From IMG/VR virus record IMGVR_UViG_3300015063_000003, positions 7,279-71,278 of that record: DNA of 64,000 nt; one strand, 5' to 3'. How positions within the stretch are numbered: the first letter of the stretch is position 1; the number at the start of each line of letters is the position of its first letter. The notes beneath the pieces were generated by a model, which saw only the letters and a list, made by a program, of their open reading frames with translations, made no database searches and was not told where the DNA came from. Below are positions 52,394 to 60,525 of this stretch, piece after piece. A program made the position numbers and the translations under genes. The DNA is from a virus.

Positions 52394-53191
52394 CTACGCC
52401 ACGGTGACCGTATTCGCCCCGGCCGACGCCGTCTCCACGATCCACTTCGTCGCTCCGGGATTCGAGTAGACGATGACCTGACCACCGATCTTCTGCGAAC
52501 CCGTCGAGAACGCGACGCTGTTCGCCACGGCGTTATTGAGGGCGATCATGTTCGCACCTTCCGCGGATGCGACGATGACGTTCTGATCGGCCTGCACGCG
52601 AAACGCGAAGCAATAGCCGTTGGCAATCGCCGGCAACGTGAACGTGATTGCCCCCGTCGCACCGGTGTTGTCGAACAGGGTGAAGTTGTCGCTGGCGACG
52701 ACGGAATAGCTCGCCGTCTTCGAGACGAAGTTCGTCCATGGAAAACGGTAGTTCGTCGGGCTGATGCCGTTGATGAAGTCATCGAAGAGAAACCGCGGAC
52801 TCATCTGAGCCCTGGCCATCAGGTCGAGGCCGATGAGCTTCGACGCCTGCACCTGGCCGCCGACCATCATGCCAAACATCTTCGTTTGAGCGGTCTGCGT
52901 GATGAAGTCCAGCATCACCAAGCCGACAGTCAAAACGCCGACCGCGACCTGGCTGCCGTCCGTCGCTGCCGGGTTGTAGTTCGTCCATTGTTCGGTGCTC
53001 GTCACGATGCCCATGACGAGCCCTTGACGAAGATTCGTCGTCGGCGTGTTCGTCGGGTCAAGGGCTCCGGAGTAGATCGAGTTGCCGCCGGCCCAGACGA
53101 ACTGGCGGACCGGGCCCCACGTGAAAGCCTGCTCGAACGTCTCGACCGCCGCACCGGCGCCGAAAGCGTTGCCGAACATGCTCGATGCCAT
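52394..53191 (-). CDS. head decoration protein (lambda gpD-like) with C-terminal beta extension
   Basis: LRQGLVMG...WTNYNPAATDGSQVAVGVL; start 53191 or 53290. Confidence 0.75.
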   Translation of the reverse strand: MASSMFGNAFGAGAAVETFEQAFTWGPVRQFVWAGGNSIYSGALDPTNTPTTNLRQGLVMGIVTSTEQWTNYNPAATDGSQVAVGVLTVGLVMLDFITQTAQTKMFGMMVGGQVQASKLIGLDLMARAQMSPRFLFDDFINGISPTNYRFPWTNFVSKTASYSVVASDNFTLFDNTGATGAITFTLPAIANGYCFAFRVQADQNVIVASAEGANMIALNNAVANSVAFSTGSQKIGGQVIVYSNPGATKWIVETASAGANTVTVA

Positions 53192-53308
53192 GCTGAATCG
53201 CTTCCCGCCTTGCTTGCGGAATAGCTGACGGCGAGCACGCCGAGAGAGTTGCTCGATTTGCGGCCGAAACTGATCGCTCTCATGGTTCATGGCTTCGTCT
53301 CGCGGTCC

Positions 53309-53353
53309 AAAAAGAAAGAGAGCGATGCGAGATGTTCTCTCTGCATCGCCCTC
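53309..53353 (-). terminator. intrinsic terminator-like hairpin
   Basis: gagggcgatgc...gcatcgctctc stem followed by tttcttttt. Confidence 0.6.
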
Positions 53354-53448
53354 ATATGGCGTCGCGAGTTTATGAGCCTCTGGTGTCGGGATTATAAGCC
53401 CCGGCGAGGCCATCTTGACCGATGCGAAAAAACATCTCGCATCGCTCT
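53319..53448. repeat. 18-bp perfect inverted repeat (53319-53336 / 53431-53448)
   Basis: agagcgatgcgagatgtt and aacatctcgcatcgctct. Confidence 0.9.
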
Positions 53449-53460
53449 GTTTTGTGATCC

Positions 53461-54912
53461 CTACATCTTCGAAGGCGGAGCAACGAAGTCCGCCAGTTCC
53501 TTCACCCTCTCCGCCGTCGCCGGCGTGTTCACGTCCTTCGGTTGCTCTTGCTCCGAGAACTTGATCCCAGCGTTCTGACCCTTGAGCATCGCCGGCAGTC
53601 CGCCAACTACTGCTTCGAGGCGAGTGATTTCGGCGTCCATCGGGTCATCGATAACGCCTTCGGCCCCAAGCGACAACTTCACCGAGGTCGCATTGGCGAG
53701 CAGCTGGTCCTGCACGGCTTTCGGCAAGAAGCGGATGATCTTCTGCAATCGCTGATGACGCTTCTGCATGCCTTCGGCGAGCTTCGACTTCTCCAGGGCG
53801 TTCGTCTTCGTCTGGAGCGAGAAGTAGGCTTCCGCCATCGCCTTCTTCTCCGGGTCCGTAATGGCCTTGATCTTCTCCGCGGTGAGACTCATGTACATGG
53901 GAGGCGTCTCCTGCTGAACGGGACCGGGAGGCTTTCCCGCTCCGAGACCTGGCTTCTTGTTCGGATCGTCGCCGAGAACGTTGTCGTCCATCTGCGAGGA
54001 AAGTTTCTTCGCACTCGCAAGCAAGCCCTGCACGAGCGACTGGAGGAATTCTTTGCCCTTGCCGCCTGCCGGGCAATGGATACCGTGCATCTCGAGCAAG
54101 TGCGGGATCAACTCTTCAAAGGACACGTCGCCGGCGTCCTGCTCCATCGCGTCGAACTCTTCGTTCTCTTTCTTCATCGCGTCGGCAGTGGCATCGCCTT
54201 CGACTTTCTTGTCAGTTTCTTTTTCGCCCTCCGACTCTTCGTCCCCATCATCGTCGCCGTAGTCCATGTCTTCAAGATCCTTCTCGGACAACTGGACCCC
54301 GCACGTCATGCTGAATGCGATCGGGAACGCTGGCTTATTTTCCTTCGTCAGCAAGCCCGCTCGCGTCAGAGCGTACCCACTCGACACGTTCGGCGTCGCC
54401 AGCGACAGGGCGGCGGACAACGCCATCGGAATCGATTCGAAGGCGTGCTGACTGTGAATTCGCGGCCTGGTCGTCAATGCGACGTGGCTCACGACCTTGT
54501 TCCACGCCTTGCCCGTGCCGTCCGTGAAACTGCTGATCCACGGGCTTACCCAGCGGATCGACTGGTTCTTGATCTGCTTCGCGATGCCGTCGTCCTTGAT
54601 ATCGAGGACGCTCAGAAGCCGGTGCACGTCCTCGCCGGTTTTCGGGTCTTTGATGACGTCGCTCTCGAATCGCTTCGTCTCGCCGGCATTGTTGCGGACG
54701 AGATTCGCCGCTCGATCTTGAGCGTTCATCGGCGTCGCCGTCGGCTGATGCTCAATCGGGACCGGGATGGGGATGCCAGCAGCGAGCATGGCTGAACCGT
54801 TCTTGAGATAGTGCTCGATGTCGGCGGGAGTCGTATCGAGGACGGCAGGACGGCCCAACTCGTCAAGATAGACGTGCTTGCCGGTTCGGATGACTTCTTT
54901 TCTGACTTCCAC
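53461..54912 (-). CDS. prohead protease/scaffold (Mu gpI-like)
   Basis: VIRTG, PVPIEH, IRWVSP, SHVALTTRP, acidic scaffold tail; GTG start at 54912. Confidence 0.85.
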   Translation of the reverse strand: MEVRKEVIRTGKHVYLDELGRPAVLDTTPADIEHYLKNGSAMLAAGIPIPVPIEHQPTATPMNAQDRAANLVRNNAGETKRFESDVIKDPKTGEDVHRLLSVLDIKDDGIAKQIKNQSIRWVSPWISSFTDGTGKAWNKVVSHVALTTRPRIHSQHAFESIPMALSAALSLATPNVSSGYALTRAGLLTKENKPAFPIAFSMTCGVQLSEKDLEDMDYGDDDGDEESEGEKETDKKVEGDATADAMKKENEEFDAMEQDAGDVSFEELIPHLLEMHGIHCPAGGKGKEFLQSLVQGLLASAKKLSSQMDDNVLGDDPNKKPGLGAGKPPGPVQQETPPMYMSLTAEKIKAITDPEKKAMAEAYFSLQTKTNALEKSKLAEGMQKRHQRLQKIIRFLPKAVQDQLLANATSVKLSLGAEGVIDDPMDAEITRLEAVVGGLPAMLKGQNAGIKFSEQEQPKDVNTPATAERVKELADFVAPPSKM

Positions 54913-55008
54913 GATATCGCCCCTGTGAGGAAAGCGTTTGAGATATATTACGACAACCGTAACCCACCTTGGCAAGATCAGTTTTGAGAAAATGTCAAAA
55001 TAATTCAG

Positions 55009-55111
55009 AACGAGGCGTGGAGTTGAACCACTCGCTGAATTTCAAACCATGATCCGCGTCATCTCTCGTTCGAATCATAGCCCTGCCCGCACCCGCCGAG
55101 TTGACCTCGTT
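55009..55111 (-). tRNA. tRNA-like element (Ser-CGA-like, class II) with 15-nt insertion in the anticodon loop
   Basis: AACGAGGT/GCCTCGTT acceptor, GTGG-TTCAACT-CCAC T arm, variable arm, TATGA-TTCGAA[15 nt]A-TCATG; D arm poor. Confidence 0.45.
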
Positions 55112-55137
55112 TCATCACAATCACGTGAGATAATGGA

Positions 55138-55683
55138 TCACCTCCTCTTGGTAAGCGTCCCCGTTGCCAAGACCGCCGCCGCCATCTTTCGGCCGATGCC
55201 GTCGAAACTCGCTCGCGATGCCGGATAGTATACGCTCGCGTCCCAGACTTCCTTGCCGAAAGTATACGTGCCGCTCGCGGTCATCGGCTGTGCCACGCCG
55301 AACAGAACTCGCTCTTTCGGCAAGTATAGCGTCAGCACGCCGCCGAAGCTATCCGTCCCCGTCGAGATGCATGGATCGACATAGCGACCGCGGAGCGTCT
55401 TGCGAACATACGTCGGTTGAATTGTCTCGTTGAAGTTATCGACCCATGACTTCTCGCCTGAGCCGAAGTCGATCGTGCAATCGCCGACTTCCTTCTGAGC
55501 CTGGGCAAGTCGCCACGTCAAGCCCTGCTTGAGAACTGGCATCGCTGGTTCGTAGATCCGGACCGATGCTGTCTGTGCGGGAGCCATCGCCGAAAATCCA
55601 AACGCCCATGCCGCAATCACCGCGAAGATCAATGCCAAGTCAAACCAGCCGAGTTTGGTTTGTCCGTCCATCATTTTCTCCAT
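55138..55683 (-). CDS. membrane-anchored/secreted hypothetical
   Basis: WFDLALIFAVIAAWAFGFSAMA hydrophobic segment. Confidence 0.55.
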   Translation of the reverse strand: MEKMMDGQTKLGWFDLALIFAVIAAWAFGFSAMAPAQTASVRIYEPAMPVLKQGLTWRLAQAQKEVGDCTIDFGSGEKSWVDNFNETIQPTYVRKTLRGRYVDPCISTGTDSFGGVLTLYLPKERVLFGVAQPMTASGTYTFGKEVWDASVYYPASRASFDGIGRKMAAAVLATGTLTKRR

Positions 55684-55760
55684 TTGAACAAACGGGCTGG
55701 CCAGCGCACTTTGAGCGGTCCACTGGTTCAGCCCGCCACTTCCGGCGAACGGAGAATGGA

Positions 55761-56126
55761 TTATCGCCTCCCGAAAACTCTGCGAAGCAACCCGTTGCTC
55801 TGAGCGCCGCAACTGCCGTTCGCACAACTGCTCATTGACGCACTGCTCCACGATGCGGTTGACGATTGACCCCAGGCCATCGAACTCTGGCCCCACGCAC
55901 TCGTCGGAGCAACGGCTTTCGGTGCTGCGATTGGTTCATTGCTGGAATCGAGACGCCGGTTCGTCGCCATCAGCATGACGGCCAGATCGTCGATCTTCGC
56001 TTCGAGTTTGTCGAATCGCTTCTCCAACGCGGCGATGCGATCTTCGACGGACTGAGCTTGCAGGTTCGCCGTGAGACAGGCGAGGACGATCAGGGATGCG
56101 ATTAGGGATGCGAGGTAGCGGATCAT
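55761..56126 (-). CDS. secreted coiled-coil protein
   Basis: Signal peptide, SVEDRIAALEKRFDKLEAKIDDL, CANGSC tail. Confidence 0.6.
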   Translation of the reverse strand: MIRYLASLIASLIVLACLTANLQAQSVEDRIAALEKRFDKLEAKIDDLAVMLMATNRRLDSSNEPIAAPKAVAPTSAWGQSSMAWGQSSTASWSSASMSSCANGSCGAQSNGLLRRVFGRR

Positions 56127-56135
56127 GGGGACTCC

Positions 56136-56489
56136 TTAGAGGCAACATTTGAGAGAATTGACGACACCAAGAAAAAGAGAGTCCTTGGCCTTTTGCTCAT
56201 CCGGCAATTCCGAGTAAGGAACGCAACAGGGATGCTCTTTCTTGCCAGCATCCTTGACAGGGCCAACCTTCCATCCTTGATCTAATTTGTCCTTGAGCCA
56301 CGCTTCATGCTGGCTACTTGCCGGAGCATTCGGATTCGCAAGCGCGAACTGAACTCCCTTGATTGCGGAATCACGCTGCCACTCTTCAGCTTCGAGCCAC
56401 AGTTTTTGCGAACAATCGCCAATTGCCCGGCAGTACGCCGCATTCGCCGCATGACAAACCTTGGCAATGTCTTCGACGGTAATCATCAC
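56136..56489 (-). CDS. RyR-domain phage protein
   Basis: HEAWLKDKLDQGWKVGPVKDAGKKEHPCCVPYSELPDEQKAKD. Confidence 0.85.
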   Translation of the reverse strand: MMITVEDIAKVCHAANAAYCRAIGDCSQKLWLEAEEWQRDSAIKGVQFALANPNAPASSQHEAWLKDKLDQGWKVGPVKDAGKKEHPCCVPYSELPDEQKAKDSLFLGVVNSLKCCL

Positions 56490-58135
56490 TTCTTCCCTTC
56501 CAGTTTCTTGAGCAACGCTTCCAGCCGAGCCATGCCTTCTGACAGATTACGCTCGCGTTCTTCGATGGTCAACTCGTTGCCCTTGGGCAGAGCCTTTGCC
56601 GTTCGCACGTCGGCAAACGGGTTGAAGCCCATTTCCTTCGGCAACTCGATCTTGCTGCCCTTGTTGATTGCGTCCAAGATCTCACCGAGCGTCGTTGCCC
56701 TCGTAACCGTGATCGTAGCCGACGTGGGTTGAGGCGTAAAGGTAATGACGCCATCTTTGCCAACGCTCATCGAGTAGAGCATCCCGCCCGGCGTCGGGGG
56801 AATTGGAGTTGGCGGGATAGGCGTTGGCGGCGGTGGAACCGCGTCGGCCGCGACGAAAAAGATGTCAACCAAGTTCTGTGCCGCCTTGTACGTCACCCAC
56901 CGATAGCCCGCATTGCCCCAATCCGTTGACCACTGGTTTTTCAAGAGGAACGCTCCGCCGTCCTTGGCATCGTCCCATGCGACAAGCTCAATCTCATGGT
57001 CGATGCTTGTCCCGAGGCTGGTGATTGTCGCCGTGCCATTGCCAAATTGCCCGCCAGCGTCAAGGCTAACGTTCAAAGCTCCGAAGTTGTACAGGGCAGT
57101 CTTGATCTCCAGCGTCGTCGCGGGTCGGTTGGCACTGGCAGACACTAAGCCCCAACTCGCGGGTTTCCACAACTTTGCCCCTGGAACCTTGCGGCATGTG
57201 CTTGAGCGCGCTGAGTAGGCGGGGTAGTCGTTGTGGGTTTTGCCATCGGTGTCCACCCACTTTTCGGCATACCAGCCGTTTTTCATGATCCAGTCGATTA
57301 CCTCTGTGCCGTTTCCGCCGTTGCATCCGCCGAAGTCGTGGCAATCCATCCCGTATTGCACGGCCATCACGAAGCTACCGTCGGCTTTGCCGTAGCCAGC
57401 CTTGACGAAAGCTTGGGTCAACGTGCCATAAATCGTCGAGTAGACGTAGCACGAACCGCAATTATGGACAACGATGCCATTGACGACATAGGTCTCACTT
57501 GAGACGAGCAGGTTGTAGACTTTGCCTGCGTACTTTTTGCGGTTCAGCGAGACTGCCTTTTGTAAAGATTCGCCGGCCTTGTTCCTGGTGACGACGAAAT
57601 CTTTGGTCGTCAAATACCCAGCCGGAACGTGGCCGCACGCGCTGACGAATACCGGATGCTCCAACGTCATCCATGCGCTGTCGCCGCCCGCGTCAACGCA
57701 CACGACCTCTTCATCGACCCTCCGAGACAAGCAGTAGTTCACGCGAGACGGTTTGCCATCCGCGTCACAAACCATGTCGCCATTGCGAACATCCTGCACA
57801 AGTTTCAAAGAGCCATCGGCCATCATGATCTTGGAACCTGGCAAGACGCATTGGCCCTGATCGCCGACCGGAATCACCCAGCCTTTCGAGCGAGCGTCGA
57901 ACGAGGGCGGCAAGTCTTGGAATTTCGCATATCTCGCCAGCCTCCCCCCGTGATTCGCTTCCGAGGCCGCGTAGAACTCGGCTCGCTTCTCGGCGGTCAG
58001 AGGCTTGTAGCCGCGGCCACGCTCAATGGGTGCCGGCTTGTCCTTCGCTTCCTGGGCTGACATGCTGTTCGCCATCAGCAGCAACGCGAGTAGCCAGAAT
58101 AATCCTTCGAGGACGTTGATCGTGAGACGCTTCAT
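56486..58135 (-). CDS. secreted papain-like (C1A) cysteine protease interrupted by a mini-intein
   Basis: Signal peptide; LPPSFDAR...DQGQ[intein]CGSCY; DHEIELVAW; LLKNQWSTDWGNAGY. Confidence 0.9.
   Translation of the reverse strand: MKRLTINVLEGLFWLLALLLMANSMSAQEAKDKPAPIERGRGYKPLTAEKRAEFYAASEANHGGRLARYAKFQDLPPSFDARSKGWVIPVGDQGQCVLPGSKIMMADGSLKLVQDVRNGDMVCDADGKPSRVNYCLSRRVDEEVVCVDAGGDSAWMTLEHPVFVSACGHVPAGYLTTKDFVVTRNKAGESLQKAVSLNRKKYAGKVYNLLVSSETYVVNGIVVHNCGSCYVYSTIYGTLTQAFVKAGYGKADGSFVMAVQYGMDCHDFGGCNGGNGTEVIDWIMKNGWYAEKWVDTDGKTHNDYPAYSARSSTCRKVPGAKLWKPASWGLVSASANRPATTLEIKTALYNFGALNVSLDAGGQFGNGTATITSLGTSIDHEIELVAWDDAKDGGAFLLKNQWSTDWGNAGYRWVTYKAAQNLVDIFFVAADAVPPPPTPIPPTPIPPTPGGMLYSMSVGKDGVITFTPQPTSATITVTRATTLGEILDAINKGSKIELPKEMGFNPFADVRTAKALPKGNELTIEERERNLSEGMARLEALLKKLEGKK
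57461..57850 (-). mobile_element. mini-intein (130 aa, no homing endonuclease)
   Basis: Block A CVLPGSKIMMADG, block B TLEHPVF, block F KVYNL, block G GIVVHN, +1 Cys. Confidence 0.92.
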
Positions 58136-58146
58136 TGAGGTTGCTC

Positions 58147-58593
58147 CTATCCAACACAAGCGAAAATGCCATCCGGCATCTCGCGAGTGTCGTTGTGGTT
58201 AATGAAGTTGAGAAGATGTGTTATCTCTTCGTGCAGAGACTTTTCACTATGCCATGGCGATTTCTTCAAGCATCGAATCACGCTCGGACAACACTCCAGA
58301 AGTCCGAATGCTTCCGGAACCTCTGCGAGTGTGACCAGTTTCGGAGGAGTCAGATAATAGCGAAGCGTGCCCATGCCCGACGCCGGTCGAACGCGAAAAG
58401 ATTTCTTCCTATCTCGGAAGAAATCCGAACGGCTGACTTTGCATTCAACGAGAATTGACTTGCGGGCTTGCGTCCAACCTATTGCATCGGGTTGCTCATT
58501 CGCTGCCATGCTGGAACGCACGACGACGACAGAGCATCCTTGGCTATTCGCAAGCCACTTCTTTGCACGCAAGCAAAGCTCATGATGCGTCAT
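58147..58593 (-). CDS. MmcB-like PD-(D/E)XK nuclease
   Basis: PDAIGW...LVECKVSRSDFFRD. Confidence 0.7.
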   Translation of the reverse strand: MTHHELCLRAKKWLANSQGCSVVVVRSSMAANEQPDAIGWTQARKSILVECKVSRSDFFRDRKKSFRVRPASGMGTLRYYLTPPKLVTLAEVPEAFGLLECCPSVIRCLKKSPWHSEKSLHEEITHLLNFINHNDTREMPDGIFACVG

Positions 58594-58943
58594 TTCACAT
58601 ACCCCGCTTGCGGAACTTCCCGCACGATGGTTACTTTCGGCCTCGCCGCAATCGCCTCATCCACCAACTTCTGCACGACGACGGGATCAACTTGTGGGAC
58701 CGTCGCCGCTGGTGCGAAGAAGTGAACCAGGAACGGAATCGCCACCGTCGCCACGAAAAGGCTGATGTCCGTCTTGTGGTTCGTCCACAGATAGGCCAGA
58801 GCCGAGAATATGCGTTCGCTCCACGATAAGCCGTTGTCGAGCAAGTCGGCCTGGTTGGAGAGGCGTTGCTTGAGACTGATATTCTCGGCAATGAGCCGAT
58901 CATACTCCGCGATCTTCACGGCATCGGGTATCGAATCCGTCAT
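58590..58943 (-). CDS. hypothetical membrane protein
   Basis: Coiled coil then FVATVAIPFLVHFF. Confidence 0.55.
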   Translation of the reverse strand: MTDSIPDAVKIAEYDRLIAENISLKQRLSNQADLLDNGLSWSERIFSALAYLWTNHKTDISLFVATVAIPFLVHFFAPAATVPQVDPVVVQKLVDEAIAARPKVTIVREVPQAGYVK

Positions 58944-58955
58944 GTTCTCACCCTC

Positions 58956-59246
58956 TCAGCAACCGAACATCTTCAAGATCGCCGGCAACGCCGCCATCAA
59001 CGCCGCGATGATCGCTTGCCAGTCAATCGCCTTGGCCGTGCCATTGACGGCCCCCTCGGTCCAATCAACCTCTTCGTCGGGGCTGAGGCCGAGATGCACG
59101 CGAGCCTTGTGTTCGGCGTGCAGGAGAGCTTGCTGCTTGCGCGGGTCGTCATCCGGCAACGCAAGCAACCAGTTCGCTTGCCGACGCCGAAATGGCCGCA
59201 GGGTTGGAACCGCTGCGGTAAACGCTTCTTGAAAAGTCTGTGCCAT
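58956..59246 (-). CDS. hypothetical protein with amphipathic C-terminus
   Basis: DWQAIIAALMAALPAILKMFGC. Confidence 0.55.
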   Translation of the reverse strand: MAQTFQEAFTAAVPTLRPFRRRQANWLLALPDDDPRKQQALLHAEHKARVHLGLSPDEEVDWTEGAVNGTAKAIDWQAIIAALMAALPAILKMFGC

Positions 59247-59248
59247 CG

Positions 59249-59416
59249 TCATCCTTTCGTATTGGGTTCTTCCTTCACGCCGTCCGCAATGGCCTGCGCG
59301 AAATCCTTGATCTCTTTCAGAATGTGCAGGGCGTCCTTCTTCGACAGATTGTTTACCGCTGCATGAATCGCCGTCTTCACTGGCCCCATCACGGTATCAA
59401 CGCTGAGTTGATCCAT
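59249..59416 (-). CDS. 55-aa hypothetical (absent from ORF track)
   Basis: AGGAG RBS; MDQLSVDTVMGPVKTAIHAAV... Confidence 0.55.
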   Translation of the reverse strand: MDQLSVDTVMGPVKTAIHAAVNNLSKKDALHILKEIKDFAQAIADGVKEEPNTKG

Positions 59417-59427
59417 ATTGCAATCTC

Positions 59428-59787
59428 CTATTTCGGCATGAAACCATGATGGAAGGCGTACTCGCCAATCATGTTCTTCAGCTTAGCAGCGTAGAACTCC
59501 CGCTCGAATCCGCGCTGCATGTGCCAGACAGCCTCCCAGCAATATGCCGTGTACCAAAAGTGGCAATCGCTGCCGAACATTTCCCAGATGCCGTAAGCAC
59601 GACTCGTCTGATTCGCGAATGTCCACTTGGCATAGCATTCTTCCTCAGGCGGAAATTGCGGGTAAGCCCGCAGGATCTCCTTCACTTCTGACTTGTCAGC
59701 GAAGCGATTCGGAGCCGCGTGCATCACCGACGCGAGGTACGCCGTCATCACCACTCCGAACAAAACCGCTGTGAGGTAATTTCGCAT
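59428..59787 (-). CDS. secreted hypothetical protein
   Basis: Signal peptide MRNYLTAVLFGVVMTAYLASVMHA. Confidence 0.55.
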   Translation of the reverse strand: MRNYLTAVLFGVVMTAYLASVMHAAPNRFADKSEVKEILRAYPQFPPEEECYAKWTFANQTSRAYGIWEMFGSDCHFWYTAYCWEAVWHMQRGFEREFYAAKLKNMIGEYAFHHGFMPK

Positions 59788-59995
59788 CTGTCCACCTGAC
59801 AATCGGATGACCGATCAGTGAGAGCAAAATGCCGATCAGAATCAGAACCGCACACACCGCGAGAAACACCCTGGCGAATTTGTTGAAAGGCTCAGGGATG
59901 CCAGCATACCCGATCAGCCACCACAGCAAACCGAAGATCGCGGCCACGACGATAATGTAAACAACGACCTGAACGACCTGCTCAATGGAAATCAT
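59696..59995 (-). CDS. 2-TM holin-like membrane protein
   Basis: VVVYIIVVAAIFGLLWWLIG...VFLAVCAVLILIGILL. Confidence 0.55.
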   Translation of the reverse strand: MISIEQVVQVVVYIIVVAAIFGLLWWLIGYAGIPEPFNKFARVFLAVCAVLILIGILLSLIGHPIVRWTDAKLPHSGFVRSGDDGVPRVGDARGSESLR

Positions 59996-60072
59996 GACAT
60001 GCCTCGAAGAAAATGGAACATTGATGCCACTTCTTCGCGACACCGCTCGATGCGGGTTCGTTCGGCTGCGGC

Positions 60073-60513
60073 TTACGATTTCGCTTTTTTCTGCTCGATC
60101 AATTCGGCCAGAAGTCGCCTCAACTCCGCGACGTTATCAACGTTGTTCTTCGCATGGACGTTTAACGCTTCAATCCGTTTGATGCTGGCCTCCTGAGCTT
60201 GCCTGATATCCTTCATATTCTCTGCATCAAGAGCAGCGTGTTCTTCATGCAGTTTATGCAGTGGCTCTAGCTGGGCTTTTACAACGACAGCTATCTTCTC
60301 GTCGAGAACGCCGTTGAGCATCTTCTCTGTGTTGTTAGCCGCTATGACGGCAATATTGTTCGCCTCGCCGGCTTTCGTTGCGGCCTGCTTTGTGACGGCT
60401 GTATTAGCGGCAACATCAGCCTTGACCTCCGCAGTCTTCATTCCATTGCGAATCGTCAAATAGGAGAGGATAGCCCCTATCGCCGCAACGAGAACCTGCG
60501 TCCAGTCAATCAT
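60073..60513 (-). CDS. 1-TM plus coiled-coil protein (holin/spanin-like)
   Basis: MIDWTQVLVAAIGAILSYL; GGAGG RBS. Confidence 0.55.
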   Translation of the reverse strand: MIDWTQVLVAAIGAILSYLTIRNGMKTAEVKADVAANTAVTKQAATKAGEANNIAVIAANNTEKMLNGVLDEKIAVVVKAQLEPLHKLHEEHAALDAENMKDIRQAQEASIKRIEALNVHAKNNVDNVAELRRLLAELIEQKKAKS

Positions 60514-60525
60514 CTCGCCTCCGTG

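Noticed and set aside
53291-53413. Extended start of the decoration protein at 53413
   Set aside because: Runs through the inverted repeat and terminator; starts at 53191 or 53290 are preferred
55040-55080. Archaeal bulge-helix-bulge tRNA intron
   Set aside because: The insert pairs continuously with the anticodon; no 3-4-3 bulge geometry
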